The notes under the pieces are model-generated. The model searched no databases. It was not told where the DNA came from and worked only from the letters and a program-made list of their open reading frames with translations. A program made the translations under genes and the position numbers. Of a stretch of DNA of 64,000 nucleotides, positions 18,357 through 27,504 are shown piece after piece; the stretch's first letter is position 1, and every line of letters starts with the position of its first letter. The stretch lies in the NCBI GenBank assembly GCA_964577215.1, contig CAZNYK010000002.1, positions 9,093 through 73,092 of the forward strand, given 5' to 3'. Source of the stretch: an uncultured Saprospiraceae bacterium. GTDB lineage: Bacteria; Bacteroidota; Bacteroidia; Chitinophagales; Saprospiraceae.

Positions 18357-19418
18357 TTACTTCCATCCCGCTTTCGCCATCAATTCATCCGCCTTTTCAT
18401 AACGGGCCGCAACCTCATTCAGGCGCGCGGTTATTTCGTAGAAACCTCCGATTTCATCAAAAAGATCATGCGGAAGCGTCATTGGATTGATGGGGAGGTC
18501 AACGGTAGCATTGGTAAACACAGGTTGCTGCTCGGCGCCGGTAAGAAATTCCAGCAACATGACTCCAAAATCGCGGTGAGGCGCATTTCTCAGCAGGCCT
18601 GCCCCGCCAATGTAAAAGACGGAGGTCTTATCAGGTTGCGTCAAAAAAATAAATCCAACCTGGCTTGCAGGCGTAGTGAACTCGGGATTGCCGCTCGCTT
18701 TCATTTGCAATAGCACGTTGGATGGAACCAGGGCCATGGTACCCTGCCCTGCTGCAAGGGCTTTGATGATGTCATAGTCAGTGGCGGCCTGCACCCCTTC
18801 GAGGCGGTTTTTCAGCACGCCGTCCAACCAGCGGGAGGCGAAGGCCTCACCATTCACGGCAATCAGCCCGGCTACAAGCCCCCTGTTGGATGCCTGGGAA
18901 GGGTTTCCCAAAAGCAACTTGCCGCGCAGGGCGGGCGCCGTAATGTCGCTATAGGTGTAAAGCGTGCGCAGGTCAATTTTGCCCTTGGCAAAGGCCAGCC
19001 CTACGGCGCCCCGGTCCAATGCGGTCCAATGGCCCTCATTGTCGCGATACCGGGTGGGCACGTTGCGGTCCAATTGCTGGGTAGAAAAAGGCTGCAAAAG
19101 CCCCGCCTTGCGCGCTTCTTCCAAATACCAGGCATCCGGGGCGATGAACACGTCTGCCTGAACCTGATCTGCCTCGGCTTTCATACGGGCAAGCAAGTTT
19201 TCCTCGGTATCCTTGACCACCTCCACCTTAATGCCTGTATTGGCGGTAAACTGATTGAACAATTGCTGGTCAGCGGTGAAATAGCGATGCGTATAAACGC
19301 GTACAATATTGGTGTTGACCTCAGCCGCGGAAGCGGAATCAGCCTGGCTGCCTTGTTTGCCGCCGCATGAGTTGAAAAGAAACCCCGCGGTTATGAAAAA
19401 AAGAATTCTAAAAAGCAT
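18357..19418 (-). CDS. extracellular solute-binding lipoprotein (Fe3+/thiamine-type SBP family 1), no transporter partners nearby
   Basis: Lipobox FLFNSCGG. VRVYTHRYFTADQQLFNQFTANTGIKVEVV and ADVFIAPDAWYLE resemble FbpA/AfuA-like SBPs. ATG at 19418; the track uses TTG 19427. Confidence 0.65.
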   Translation of the reverse strand: MLFRILFFITAGFLFNSCGGKQGSQADSASAAEVNTNIVRVYTHRYFTADQQLFNQFTANTGIKVEVVKDTEENLLARMKAEADQVQADVFIAPDAWYLEEARKAGLLQPFSTQQLDRNVPTRYRDNEGHWTALDRGAVGLAFAKGKIDLRTLYTYSDITAPALRGKLLLGNPSQASNRGLVAGLIAVNGEAFASRWLDGVLKNRLEGVQAATDYDIIKALAAGQGTMALVPSNVLLQMKASGNPEFTTPASQVGFIFLTQPDKTSVFYIGGAGLLRNAPHRDFGVMLLEFLTGAEQQPVFTNATVDLPINPMTLPHDLFDEIGGFYEITARLNEVAARYEKADELMAKAGWK

Positions 19419-19434
19419 GGGTAGCAAAGTTTAT

Positions 19435-20349
19435 TTAACCGGCAAAGTTGGGTATTTGCGGCAAAAACACAAAATTCTCAGAATCAATTCCCTGTTGCAG
19501 CATGTACTTGTCCAGATCCGTACATGGTTGAAGCTGTCCAACTGCATCCGGCACATATGCCCGGACACCCCACTCAAACAGCACTTCTGCCGCCTTGCGA
19601 TGCGAATGGCCGGGAATGTACTCCATTGCAATCACAGGCGGCGCTTTGCTCTTGATCAATTCCCTCATTCCCAGCAATACATCGTACTCGGCGCCCTCCA
19701 CATCAATCTTGACAAGCCGGGGACTTGCGCCTGCGCGTTCAAAAAAAATATCCAGCGAAACAGAGGAGAGCTCTACCTTGCGGCCTTTCAAATGTGCCGG
19801 AACGGCCTCCGGGTTAGTAGTATTGTACTCCGAGAAAAGTGTGGGAAATTCCCAAAACGGCAACTGGCCCTCCCCGCTTCCCACCAAAATCTGCATGGCT
19901 TCGACATGCGGAAAAGCGGCAGTATTGCGCTGTAAAACGCTAAAGTTAGCCTCTCCCGGTTCAAAGGCAAATACACGTCCTTGTTCTTCGCAGAGAACAG
20001 CGGCAAGCAGCGTAAAAAAACCGAAATGCGCACCCACATCAGCCACTACATCACCAGGACGGAGAAATTGCATGAGAAAACGCGCCAGCCGGAGTTCGGA
20101 ATCATGCGTCTTGCACCCCAACAGGTACAGGTCCATTCCTGCAGGTAGGGCCACTTCCATCTCGGCGCCGAAAAAGGTGCGGCAGCGGCGAAGTTGGGGC
20201 TTCCCGGTGAGTGGATAAATGATATGGCGAAATGCCATGACGCCCAGGTAGCTACCGGGGTTGTATATCAGGCGCCGCCATTTGGATGCCGCGGCCAGCC
20301 TGGTCGCCTCATCAAGCTTTTCACTCCATTGATGCAGCAATGCAATCAT
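19435..20349 (-). CDS. FkbM family methyltransferase
   Basis: SAM motif VVADVGAHFGFFTLLAA, then VFAFEPGEANFSVLQRN and VKIDVEGAEYDVL. Start set at ATG 20349, which forms an ATGA overlap with the upstream stop. The track's 447-aa version runs into the ligase gene. Confidence 0.8.
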   Translation of the reverse strand: MIALLHQWSEKLDEATRLAAASKWRRLIYNPGSYLGVMAFRHIIYPLTGKPQLRRCRTFFGAEMEVALPAGMDLYLLGCKTHDSELRLARFLMQFLRPGDVVADVGAHFGFFTLLAAVLCEEQGRVFAFEPGEANFSVLQRNTAAFPHVEAMQILVGSGEGQLPFWEFPTLFSEYNTTNPEAVPAHLKGRKVELSSVSLDIFFERAGASPRLVKIDVEGAEYDVLLGMRELIKSKAPPVIAMEYIPGHSHRKAAEVLFEWGVRAYVPDAVGQLQPCTDLDKYMLQQGIDSENFVFLPQIPNFAG

Positions 20350-21806
20350 TGGGTTGCTGCATTTTGCCGGCGCGAAAGCAAGTCGAAATTGACCAGCATT
20401 GCCAGATGCATAAAAAAGAAGGAGCCTATCTTGTCGGTCTCTATCAAGTCGTTGATAATACAGAGGACAAGGATGATGATAACGGAAAGAGAAATCATCA
20501 TCACGGCTTGTTTGCTGCGCTTTTCGCGGAGCCGATGATAAATTCTCTCGCCGTACAACAGTGCCGCGAATGCCGGCAGCAGAAAAAACAGTAAACCCGG
20601 CAAGCCCTGCTCCACGGATATCATCAGGTAATAACAATGGATGCCGGAGCGCTCCGGGTTGTGACTCACATACGTTCGAAAACTGGATACGGTATATGGC
20701 TTGTACTCCTCCAGGAAGTTGCCCGGCCCAAAGCCCGTCAACGGGCGTTCGCCTACCATATAAAACCCGGCGATCCAACGATAAAATCGCTCCATGGTGG
20801 AAATATCTTCTCCCTGCGCGGTGGCTTCCAGTAAATTGTCGAAGCGGGTATGGCTGATGGTGCGTTCATAAGTGGGAGCAAACCGGAGATATGTGTTTTG
20901 AGAAGCCATCCAGCCCGTTGTCAATACTATCGCCAGAACTGCGAAGCCGAGAGCAGCCTTCATCAGTTTTAAACGAATGACCCAATATGCACCGAGCGCG
21001 ATGAGAACAGCGCCCATAGCAGCGCGGGTGTAGGAAAGCTGAATGGCCGCCAGTAGCAAAATCAGGGATCCGAATAGAAAAATGCCCGGAATGCTCCAGC
21101 GCGGGTACCAACTGCGGATGAACCATACCAAAGGGAATATAACAGCCATAATAGCTGCATATGACACATGATTGCGATAAAATGGAGAAAGGACTCTGTA
21201 AACATCCTCAAAGGAAAATCCATAAGTGGCATGGCGCGCCAAAATGATGAGCACTGTGCCTGTCAAGGGAATAAAAATCACCCAGAAAAAACGTCTGAGG
21301 TCCTCTGCGTCCCGCAACAAATAACCTGCCAGAAAGAAAAAAGTGGATAAGTACCAGGTCTTGGCCAAAAAAAACTTCAGGGAAACGACTGTATCCACAG
21401 AGGTAAGCAGTGGCACAACCGTCCAGCCCCAGTGCAGCAACAGCAATAGCGTAATGGGGTGTTGTAAAAAATCTCGTCCTACGGCACCCCTGTGCCGGGT
21501 CAGGTACAGCAGAAAAACAAGCATCAACCCCACGATGAGCGGCTCGGTAGGCAAGTCTGTGCCGAATCCATTGGGCAATACAATCTCAGTAGATATCGGG
21601 ATAGAGAAAAGGAGCAGGTAAAAAACCCGGCGAAAGTCCATTACGCTCTGGTAGGTCAGAAGGGCTAAAACCGGCAGGCCCAGCCAAAGCCATTCGTGTT
21701 TATACACGGCTGCGAACAGCCCCGACAATGTGAGCAAGGCGAATACGGCAAAAAGCGCCTTTTCTACTGTAATAGCGCCGGCAATTGCTGTTTTCAGGCG
21801 GATCAT
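20346..21806 (-). CDS. O-antigen ligase/polymerase-like (Wzy_C) polytopic membrane protein
   Basis: 486 aa, about 11-12 hydrophobic segments. A central loop followed by LSYTRAAMGAVLIALG is typical of O-antigen-ligase-family proteins. Confidence 0.7.
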   Translation of the reverse strand: MIRLKTAIAGAITVEKALFAVFALLTLSGLFAAVYKHEWLWLGLPVLALLTYQSVMDFRRVFYLLLFSIPISTEIVLPNGFGTDLPTEPLIVGLMLVFLLYLTRHRGAVGRDFLQHPITLLLLLHWGWTVVPLLTSVDTVVSLKFFLAKTWYLSTFFFLAGYLLRDAEDLRRFFWVIFIPLTGTVLIILARHATYGFSFEDVYRVLSPFYRNHVSYAAIMAVIFPLVWFIRSWYPRWSIPGIFLFGSLILLLAAIQLSYTRAAMGAVLIALGAYWVIRLKLMKAALGFAVLAIVLTTGWMASQNTYLRFAPTYERTISHTRFDNLLEATAQGEDISTMERFYRWIAGFYMVGERPLTGFGPGNFLEEYKPYTVSSFRTYVSHNPERSGIHCYYLMISVEQGLPGLLFFLLPAFAALLYGERIYHRLREKRSKQAVMMISLSVIIILVLCIINDLIETDKIGSFFFMHLAMLVNFDLLSRRQNAATQ

Positions 21807-21898
21807 CCGGAAAGTTTACGAGGCAAAAGTAACATTTGTCATTTCTTTTCTCCTCAAAACCTCTTTAATTGCCGCTGGTGATAAGAAAAGCAAACGAA

Positions 21899-23047
21899 AT
21901 GAAAAAGATTTTGATCATAGGGGGTTACGGCAATGCCGGGCGCTGTATCGCGCGCTTATTGCTGGAGCAAAAGCGCGACGTGCATGTCATCCTGGGCGGC
22001 CGCGACATCGAAAAGGCCCAACGCCTTGCCGGTGCTTTGAATGAAGGTAGTACCACGGGGCGCGTTTCGGCCGTCCAATTAGACGCCACGCAAAAGAACA
22101 GCCTGGAAGATGCCCTGCCGCAGGCCGACTTTGTGGTAAACGCCGCCGGTACAATGACGCATACGTCCCTCATTGCGGAAGCCCTGCTGCAGGCCGGTAA
22201 AGATGCAATGGATACGCAGTTATCCTCCCCCGAAAAACTTGAGGTTCTGGGGCGGTACGCTTCCACTTTTAAAGATGCCGGCCTTTGCTACATAACCGAC
22301 GGCGGATTTCACCCCGGCGTGCCAGCGGCATTAGTGCGGTTTGCAGCCATTGAATTTGACCGCCTGGAGCGCGCCAACGTATTCAGTGCCATGCGCATCA
22401 ATTGGAAAGCCCTGGAGTTGTCGCCGGAAACCATGGACGAATTTGTCCATGAATTCAGATACTATAACGGCGCCACCTTTCAAAACGGCGCCTGGGTGAA
22501 GCCCAAATCCTACGAGGCGGCGCCTTTCAACTTCGGCCCGCCGTTCGGCAGGGAATACTGCGCTCCGATGTATTTGTCGGAACTGGCAGTGTTGCCGGAA
22601 GAAATCCCAAGCCTCAAAGAGACAGGGTTTTTCGTGAGCGGATTCAACGTGTTGACCGACTATTTGCTCATACCTGTGGTGTACCTGGCTGCCAGGTGGC
22701 TTCCGACCAGGAAATTGCGCTGGGCCTCCAGGCTGTTCAAATGGGGACTGGGTTTCACCAGGCCGCCCTACGGCATCCACTTAGTGGCGGATTGCAGAGG
22801 CGTGGAGGATGGCAAAAGCCAGCGACGGCGCATTCGCCTTTACCACAAGGACGCATACCTGATGACGGCCGCGCCGGTGACCGCTTGCCTGCTTCAGTAC
22901 CTCGACGGCAGCATTCGGAAGCCCGGCTTGTGGTATCAGGCAGACATTGTAGAACCGGCCCGGTTCATAGCAGACTTGGTCCACATGGGTGTCAGAGTGA
23001 CGGAAGAAACCGACAGAACTCGAAAGCGCAAAGCCCAGCCTGCTTAG
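21899..23047 (+). CDS. saccharopine dehydrogenase-like NAD(P)-binding protein
   Basis: Rossmann start [21 protein letters not shown] at ATG 21899. Length and C-terminal region fit Sacchrp_dh-type proteins of unknown specificity. Confidence 0.65.
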   Translation: MKKILIIGGYGNAGRCIARLLLEQKRDVHVILGGRDIEKAQRLAGALNEGSTTGRVSAVQLDATQKNSLEDALPQADFVVNAAGTMTHTSLIAEALLQAGKDAMDTQLSSPEKLEVLGRYASTFKDAGLCYITDGGFHPGVPAALVRFAAIEFDRLERANVFSAMRINWKALELSPETMDEFVHEFRYYNGATFQNGAWVKPKSYEAAPFNFGPPFGREYCAPMYLSELAVLPEEIPSLKETGFFVSGFNVLTDYLLIPVVYLAARWLPTRKLRWASRLFKWGLGFTRPPYGIHLVADCRGVEDGKSQRRRIRLYHKDAYLMTAAPVTACLLQYLDGSIRKPGLWYQADIVEPARFIADLVHMGVRVTEETDRTRKRKAQPA

Positions 23048-23463
23048 AAGCGCTCCAAGCTGGAAAAGAAAAATGCACTTTCAATTGCGGCATTTTCGTC
23101 AGAATCGGAACCGTGTACGGCATTTTCGCCCACATTGCGGGCATACAGTGCTCGAATGGTGCCCGGTGCGGCTTTAGCAGGATCGGTTGCACCGATGAGG
23201 GTGCGAAAATCCTCAACGGCGTTTTCTTTTTCCAGGATTGCCGCTACGATCGGGCCGGAAGACATAAACTCCACCAGCTCGCCATAAAAGGGACGTTCTT
23301 TGTGTACCGCATAAAATTCTCCTGCCTTACTGGCGGAGAGATGCATCATTTTAATTGCCGCGATGCGAAATCCGGCTTCATTGATCTTTGCGAGAATGGC
23401 GCCGATATGCCCGCTCTGCACCGCATCGGGCTTGATCATCGTAAAAGTGGTATTGCCTGCCAT
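23044..23463 (-). CDS. ndk: nucleoside-diphosphate kinase
   Basis: 139 aa. [23 protein letters not shown] and the NAVHGSDS active-site histidine block. Confidence 0.95.
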   Translation of the reverse strand: MAGNTTFTMIKPDAVQSGHIGAILAKINEAGFRIAAIKMMHLSASKAGEFYAVHKERPFYGELVEFMSSGPIVAAILEKENAVEDFRTLIGATDPAKAAPGTIRALYARNVGENAVHGSDSDENAAIESAFFFSSLERF

Positions 23464-23585
23464 AGGATATTTGGTTTAAAAAAGCGGCGCAAAGCTAATC
23501 AAAGTAGAATATTCTGCATCCTGCTTCAATGAATATTTTGTGATATGCCGGAATTTTGTGAAATTCGCCCCGACTTTTTGAAACC

Positions 23586-24593
23586 ATGGAGAATTTGCAC
23601 GAGCTGAAGACCCTCCTGTCTGCTCCCAAAGATATCATCATTATTTCCCACCGCAATCCCGATGGAGATGCAATAGGTTCTTCTTTAGGGCTTTATCACT
23701 ATTTGAACAGCTTAGGACACGCCGTTCACGTCATTTTCCCTTCTGAATATCCCGACGCTTTTCTATGGATGCCCGGCATCAATGACATTATTATTTTTGA
23801 TGCCGACCCTGAACGAACCCGCGAGGTGGCCGAGCGCGCCCAAATCATTTTTTGCCTTGATTTTAACTCTTTAGACCGAATCGATAAAGTCGGAGAGATC
23901 ATACAGCCGCTCAAAGCAAAAAAAGTACTCATCGACCATCACCTCTACCCCGAACCCTTTGCCGACTACATGATCTCGGATACTATGGCCAGTTCCACGG
24001 CTGAAATGATATTCGAATTCATCGACCGCATGGGGCACAAAGCCGAGATGCCCATCGCCACGGCAGAATCTATCTACACGGGAATCGTTACAGATACCGG
24101 TTCCTTTAAATTCAGCACATCGGCCAAGTTGTTTCGCATCGTAGCTGAATTGCTCGAACTTGGAGTGGACGACTACAAGCTCCAGGACCTCATTTTCAAC
24201 ACCCTCGATGAGAAGCAACTCCGCCTCCTCGGGCATTGCCTGTACAACAGAATGGAAATACTTCCCGAATACCGCACCGGGATCATTACCCTTACCAAGG
24301 AAGATTATGAAACGTTTGAGATCGCAAGGGGAGAAACGGAAGGCATCGTGAATTACCTGCTCAAAATGAAAGACATCACCATGGCGGCTTTCATTACCGA
24401 ACAACCCAACATAGTAAAGCTTTCCCTGCGCTCCAAAGGCGACTTTTCCGTACAGGAGATAGCCCGCAAGCATTTCAAAGGCGGCGGGCATCGCAATGCC
24501 TCCGGGGGATTTTCTTTCCAGCCGCTGAAAGCCACCCTCCGCAAGTTCAAAGAGCTGCTCCCTGAATACAAGGATACGCTCAACTCATATTGA
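23586..24593 (+). CDS. nrnA: DHH/DHHA1 phosphoesterase (oligoribonuclease / pAp phosphatase NrnA-like)
   Basis: ISHRNPDGDAIGS, LIDHH and GGGHRNASGG motifs. Confidence 0.85.
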   Translation: MENLHELKTLLSAPKDIIIISHRNPDGDAIGSSLGLYHYLNSLGHAVHVIFPSEYPDAFLWMPGINDIIIFDADPERTREVAERAQIIFCLDFNSLDRIDKVGEIIQPLKAKKVLIDHHLYPEPFADYMISDTMASSTAEMIFEFIDRMGHKAEMPIATAESIYTGIVTDTGSFKFSTSAKLFRIVAELLELGVDDYKLQDLIFNTLDEKQLRLLGHCLYNRMEILPEYRTGIITLTKEDYETFEIARGETEGIVNYLLKMKDITMAAFITEQPNIVKLSLRSKGDFSVQEIARKHFKGGGHRNASGGFSFQPLKATLRKFKELLPEYKDTLNSY

Positions 24594-24631
24594 CACTTCA
24601 ACATTTCATCACATTATCAATTTACTTCTTT

Positions 24632-25480
24632 ATGAAAATGTATCTGCTTCCGGCCCTCGGCCTGCTTTTTCTCCTTTTGGGATGCAAAAAACAGGAAGAA
24701 CTCCGCACATCCGCAGGGTACCGCTATACTATGCATGTGGACAAAGGCGGCGACATGCCTCAACCAGGCGACAGGGTCTTTTTCCATGTTAAAGTCAGGA
24801 AAAACGATTCCGACTCCATTTTTTACGATACCCGTGACTTTGAGGAGGAAATTCCCAGCGTACAAATTCCTGCTGAGGAAGAAGGGCAGCCATCTCAGCC
24901 CGTCTCACCTGTAGTCGATCTGCTTCGCCTGCTCAGCCCCGGCGACAGCGCTACGGTCATCTGGGAACTCGACACGGTGTCATTCAAGCCGGAAGGGTTT
25001 GAAACCGCCAAAGAACTTTATTACGATATTGTAATGCTGGAAATCAAAACCCAGGCTCAAATTGACGAGGCCAAAAACCTCATCACTGCCCAGGTAAACG
25101 AGTTTGCCACGGCAATGAGCAGCGGCAATCCGCCGGCTGGTCTGCAAACCTCTGCTTCCGGATTGAAATACCTCATCCTCGAGCAAGGTAAAGGGCCCGC
25201 AGCCGACCCCGGAATTTCCGTCAAGGTACATTACTATGGCGCATTGCCTGATGGCACATTGTTTGACACTTCCTTCGATCGAGGTACGCCGCTTCCCTTT
25301 ACACTTGGAGATCAAGGCCTTATCGCCGGATGGACGGAAGGTGTGGACTTGCTCAACGAAGGCGGCAAAGCCATTTTGTACATCCCCTTTCAGTTGGGGT
25401 ATGGCGAAACAGGCTTTCCACCGGTAATCCCGGAAAAATCCGATCTCATATTCTACGTCGAACTCGTTTCGGTGAACTGA
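24632..25480 (+). CDS. FKBP-type peptidyl-prolyl cis-trans isomerase lipoprotein
   Basis: Lipobox LLLGCKK. C-terminal FKBP domain VKVHYYGALPDGTLFDTSFDRGTPLPFTLGDQGLIAGWTEG...LGYG. Confidence 0.85.
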   Translation: MKMYLLPALGLLFLLLGCKKQEELRTSAGYRYTMHVDKGGDMPQPGDRVFFHVKVRKNDSDSIFYDTRDFEEEIPSVQIPAEEEGQPSQPVSPVVDLLRLLSPGDSATVIWELDTVSFKPEGFETAKELYYDIVMLEIKTQAQIDEAKNLITAQVNEFATAMSSGNPPAGLQTSASGLKYLILEQGKGPAADPGISVKVHYYGALPDGTLFDTSFDRGTPLPFTLGDQGLIAGWTEGVDLLNEGGKAILYIPFQLGYGETGFPPVIPEKSDLIFYVELVSVN

Positions 25481-25531
25481 CGTTATACCCGACGAAAAAT
25501 GGTTTGCGTAAAAAAATAAACTAAAAATACG

Positions 25532-26630
25532 ATGACGAACGAGCAATTGAGAGACCTTCGGGAACGGCTTGTCGCTTTGAGGAGGTATCTTTGACGTGGA
25601 TGAACGACTCATCCGGATCGAAGACTTCGAGCAACAAACGCTGAATCCGGATTTCTGGAATGATCCGAAAAAGGCGGAAAGCATTCTCAAAACGCTGAAG
25701 AGCTACAAAAACTGGGTAGCGCAATACAAGGAGGTGGAAACGGTAGTTGACGACGCCGAACTCCTTCTGGATTTCTACCGGGAGGAGCAAGCGTCAGAAG
25801 AAGAGGTGGATGCCAAATACAATGAGGCGATCATTGCAGTGGATGACCTCGAATTCCGATCCACCCTCAACCGGCCCGAGGACGAATTGGGCTGCATCCT
25901 GGAAATCAACGCCGGCGCCGGCGGCACCGAAAGCTGCGATTGGTCGGAGATGCTCCTGCGCATGTACACCATGTGGGCCGAGCGAAAGGGTTTCAAAGTG
26001 AGTGAACTCAACCGCGTAGACGGCGATGTTGCCGGCATCAAATCCGCCGAACTGGAAATTTCCGGCGATTTTGCATACGGGCTGCTCAAAGGCGAAAACG
26101 GCGTGCATCGCTTGGTGCGCGTGAGTCCTTACAACGCCCAGGGCAAGCGAATGACCTCCTTCTCCAGTGTTTTTGTACATCCCTTAGTGGACGAGCGCAT
26201 AGAAGTGGAGGTTAATCCGGCCGACCTGGAATGGGATACCTTCCGGGCCAGCGGCGCCGGCGGCCAGCACGTCAACAAAACCGAATCGGCTGTACGCGCA
26301 CGGCATATTCCCTCCGGGATCGTAGTGGAGTGCCAGCAGGAACGCTCCCAGCACCAGAACCGGGAGAAAGCCATCCAAATGCTGAAATCCAGGCTTTATG
26401 AAATCGAACTGGAAAAACGCATGGAGGCCCGCGGCAAGCTCGAAGCGACCAAAATGAAAAACGAGTGGGGTTCGCAAATCCGGAGCTATGTGCTCGACGA
26501 TCGCCGCGTGAAAGACCATCGCACCGGCCACCAAACAAGCCAGACGGATTCGGTGCTGGACGGCGATTTAGACGATTTCCTCAAAGCTTTTCTCATGCAC
26601 CATGGGGAGCCGGTAGTCGAAGAAGAATAA
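25532..26630 (+). CDS. prfB: peptide chain release factor 2, requires programmed +1 frameshift at 25589-25595
   Basis: ORF0 is ATG 25532 ... AGG AGG TAT CTT TGA C. The +1 frame continues GAC GTG GAT ... into the tracked ORF 25596-26630. GGQ motif (SGAGGQHVNKTESAV) is present. Confidence 0.95.
25580..25595 (+). other. prfB recoding site: SD-like AGGAGG + TAT CTT TGA C slippery/stop context
   Basis: Read directly. It has the same architecture and spacing as the classical E. coli prfB site (AGGGGG TAT CTT TGA C). Confidence 0.9.
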
Positions 26631-26636
26631 ACATTG

Positions 26637-26678
26637 AGCTGCAAGTCTGCAGACCGCCAGAATCTGCAACTTGCAGCT
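26637..26678. terminator. long hairpin between convergent prfB and LON-domain genes (bidirectional terminator candidate)
   Basis: AGCTGCAAGTCTGCAGA / TCTGCAACTTGCAGCT form a 16-bp stem with one bulge and a 9-nt loop. Confidence 0.6.
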
Positions 26679-26679
26679 T

Positions 26680-26720
26680 AACCTTCAACCTTTAACCTTA
26701 ACCCTTTTTCCTTTAACCTT
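26680..26720. repeat. short AACCTT(N) heptamer-like repeats
   Basis: AACCTT occurs at 26680, 26687, 26694 and 26715, plus AACCCT at 26700. The repeats lie in the 3' region of the LON-domain gene. Confidence 0.4.
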
Positions 26721-26721
26721 C

Positions 26722-27348
26722 TTAAATCTCCGGCGGCACAATGTTTTTGAAGTGCCCGTTCATCCGCGCTTTGCGCTTGAGTTCCTCGGTTTCACGCACC
26801 ATGGGCAAGAGGCTCTCCAAGTGCCTGATGAGATATTCCCGGCGTTCGCTCTCATCCGCAATGCAAAGCAGTTCGTATTCCTGGCGCTGCGACAAGCCGA
26901 CGAAGTGCCCGATGTCGTAAGCGGAAAAACTATCTGGGTCGGCGGGCAATTCCTTTTCAATTTGGAGCAAATGAAACAATGAACGCGCCATGCTCAGCAG
27001 GTGGCCGCCCAATTTCCGGTCTCCTTCCATTGCAATATCCACGCGCGTTATCCTACCACCGGGATATAGCTTCCCCGGCGCCTCGCGAAAGTACTCGTCC
27101 AAGTGAAACAACCCTATTCCTTTGGTGCGCACGTCAAGTTCTCCATTGGAATAGCGTTTCTCTACACGGATCAACGTGATCTCTGTGCCGAAACTCATGA
27201 CTCTCCCATCCAAATAAGGCATAATGCCGAAAGTAATGCTTTCCGTCACGCATTCCTCCATCAACTGCTTGTATCGCGGTTCAAAAATGTGCAGGTTCAG
27301 CGACTCTCCCGGAAACACAACGATCTGCAAGGGAAAAAGAGCAAGCAT
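26722..27348 (-). CDS. LON substrate-binding (Lon N-terminal) domain protein
   Basis: MLALFPLQIVVFPGESLNLHIFEPRYKQLMEE is the characteristic LON_substr_bdg start. Start set at ATG 27348. Confidence 0.75.
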   Translation of the reverse strand: MLALFPLQIVVFPGESLNLHIFEPRYKQLMEECVTESITFGIMPYLDGRVMSFGTEITLIRVEKRYSNGELDVRTKGIGLFHLDEYFREAPGKLYPGGRITRVDIAMEGDRKLGGHLLSMARSLFHLLQIEKELPADPDSFSAYDIGHFVGLSQRQEYELLCIADESERREYLIRHLESLLPMVRETEELKRKARMNGHFKNIVPPEI

Positions 27349-27504
27349 TTTTTTTATTTTTTTCTCGAACCATTGGGCAAAAAGCAAGAATTTGCTTACC
27401 TTTTCCGTTGGTTTGGAGCGATCATCCAAAGACTTGATAAAACAAGCCTTGATGCCGCACAAACCGGTGGAAATTCATCCCCAAAACCTTCAAACAAAAA
27501 AACC

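Noticed and set aside
20350-20778. N-terminal 143-aa extension of the FkbM methyltransferase ORF
   Set aside because: It overlaps the ligase-like gene in another frame. ATG 20349 gives a full-length FkbM and a classic ATGA stop/start overlap.
22696-23532. 278-aa + strand ORF spanning the end of the dehydrogenase-like gene and all of ndk (antisense)
   Set aside because: ndk on the opposite strand is unambiguous. This frame is Arg/Gly/Cys-rich and lacks motifs.
27103-27504. N-terminal 134-aa extension of the alpha-2-macroglobulin ORF in the track
   Set aside because: It overlaps the LON-domain gene on the other strand and has no protein-like features. A canonical lipoprotein signal peptide begins at ATG 27505.
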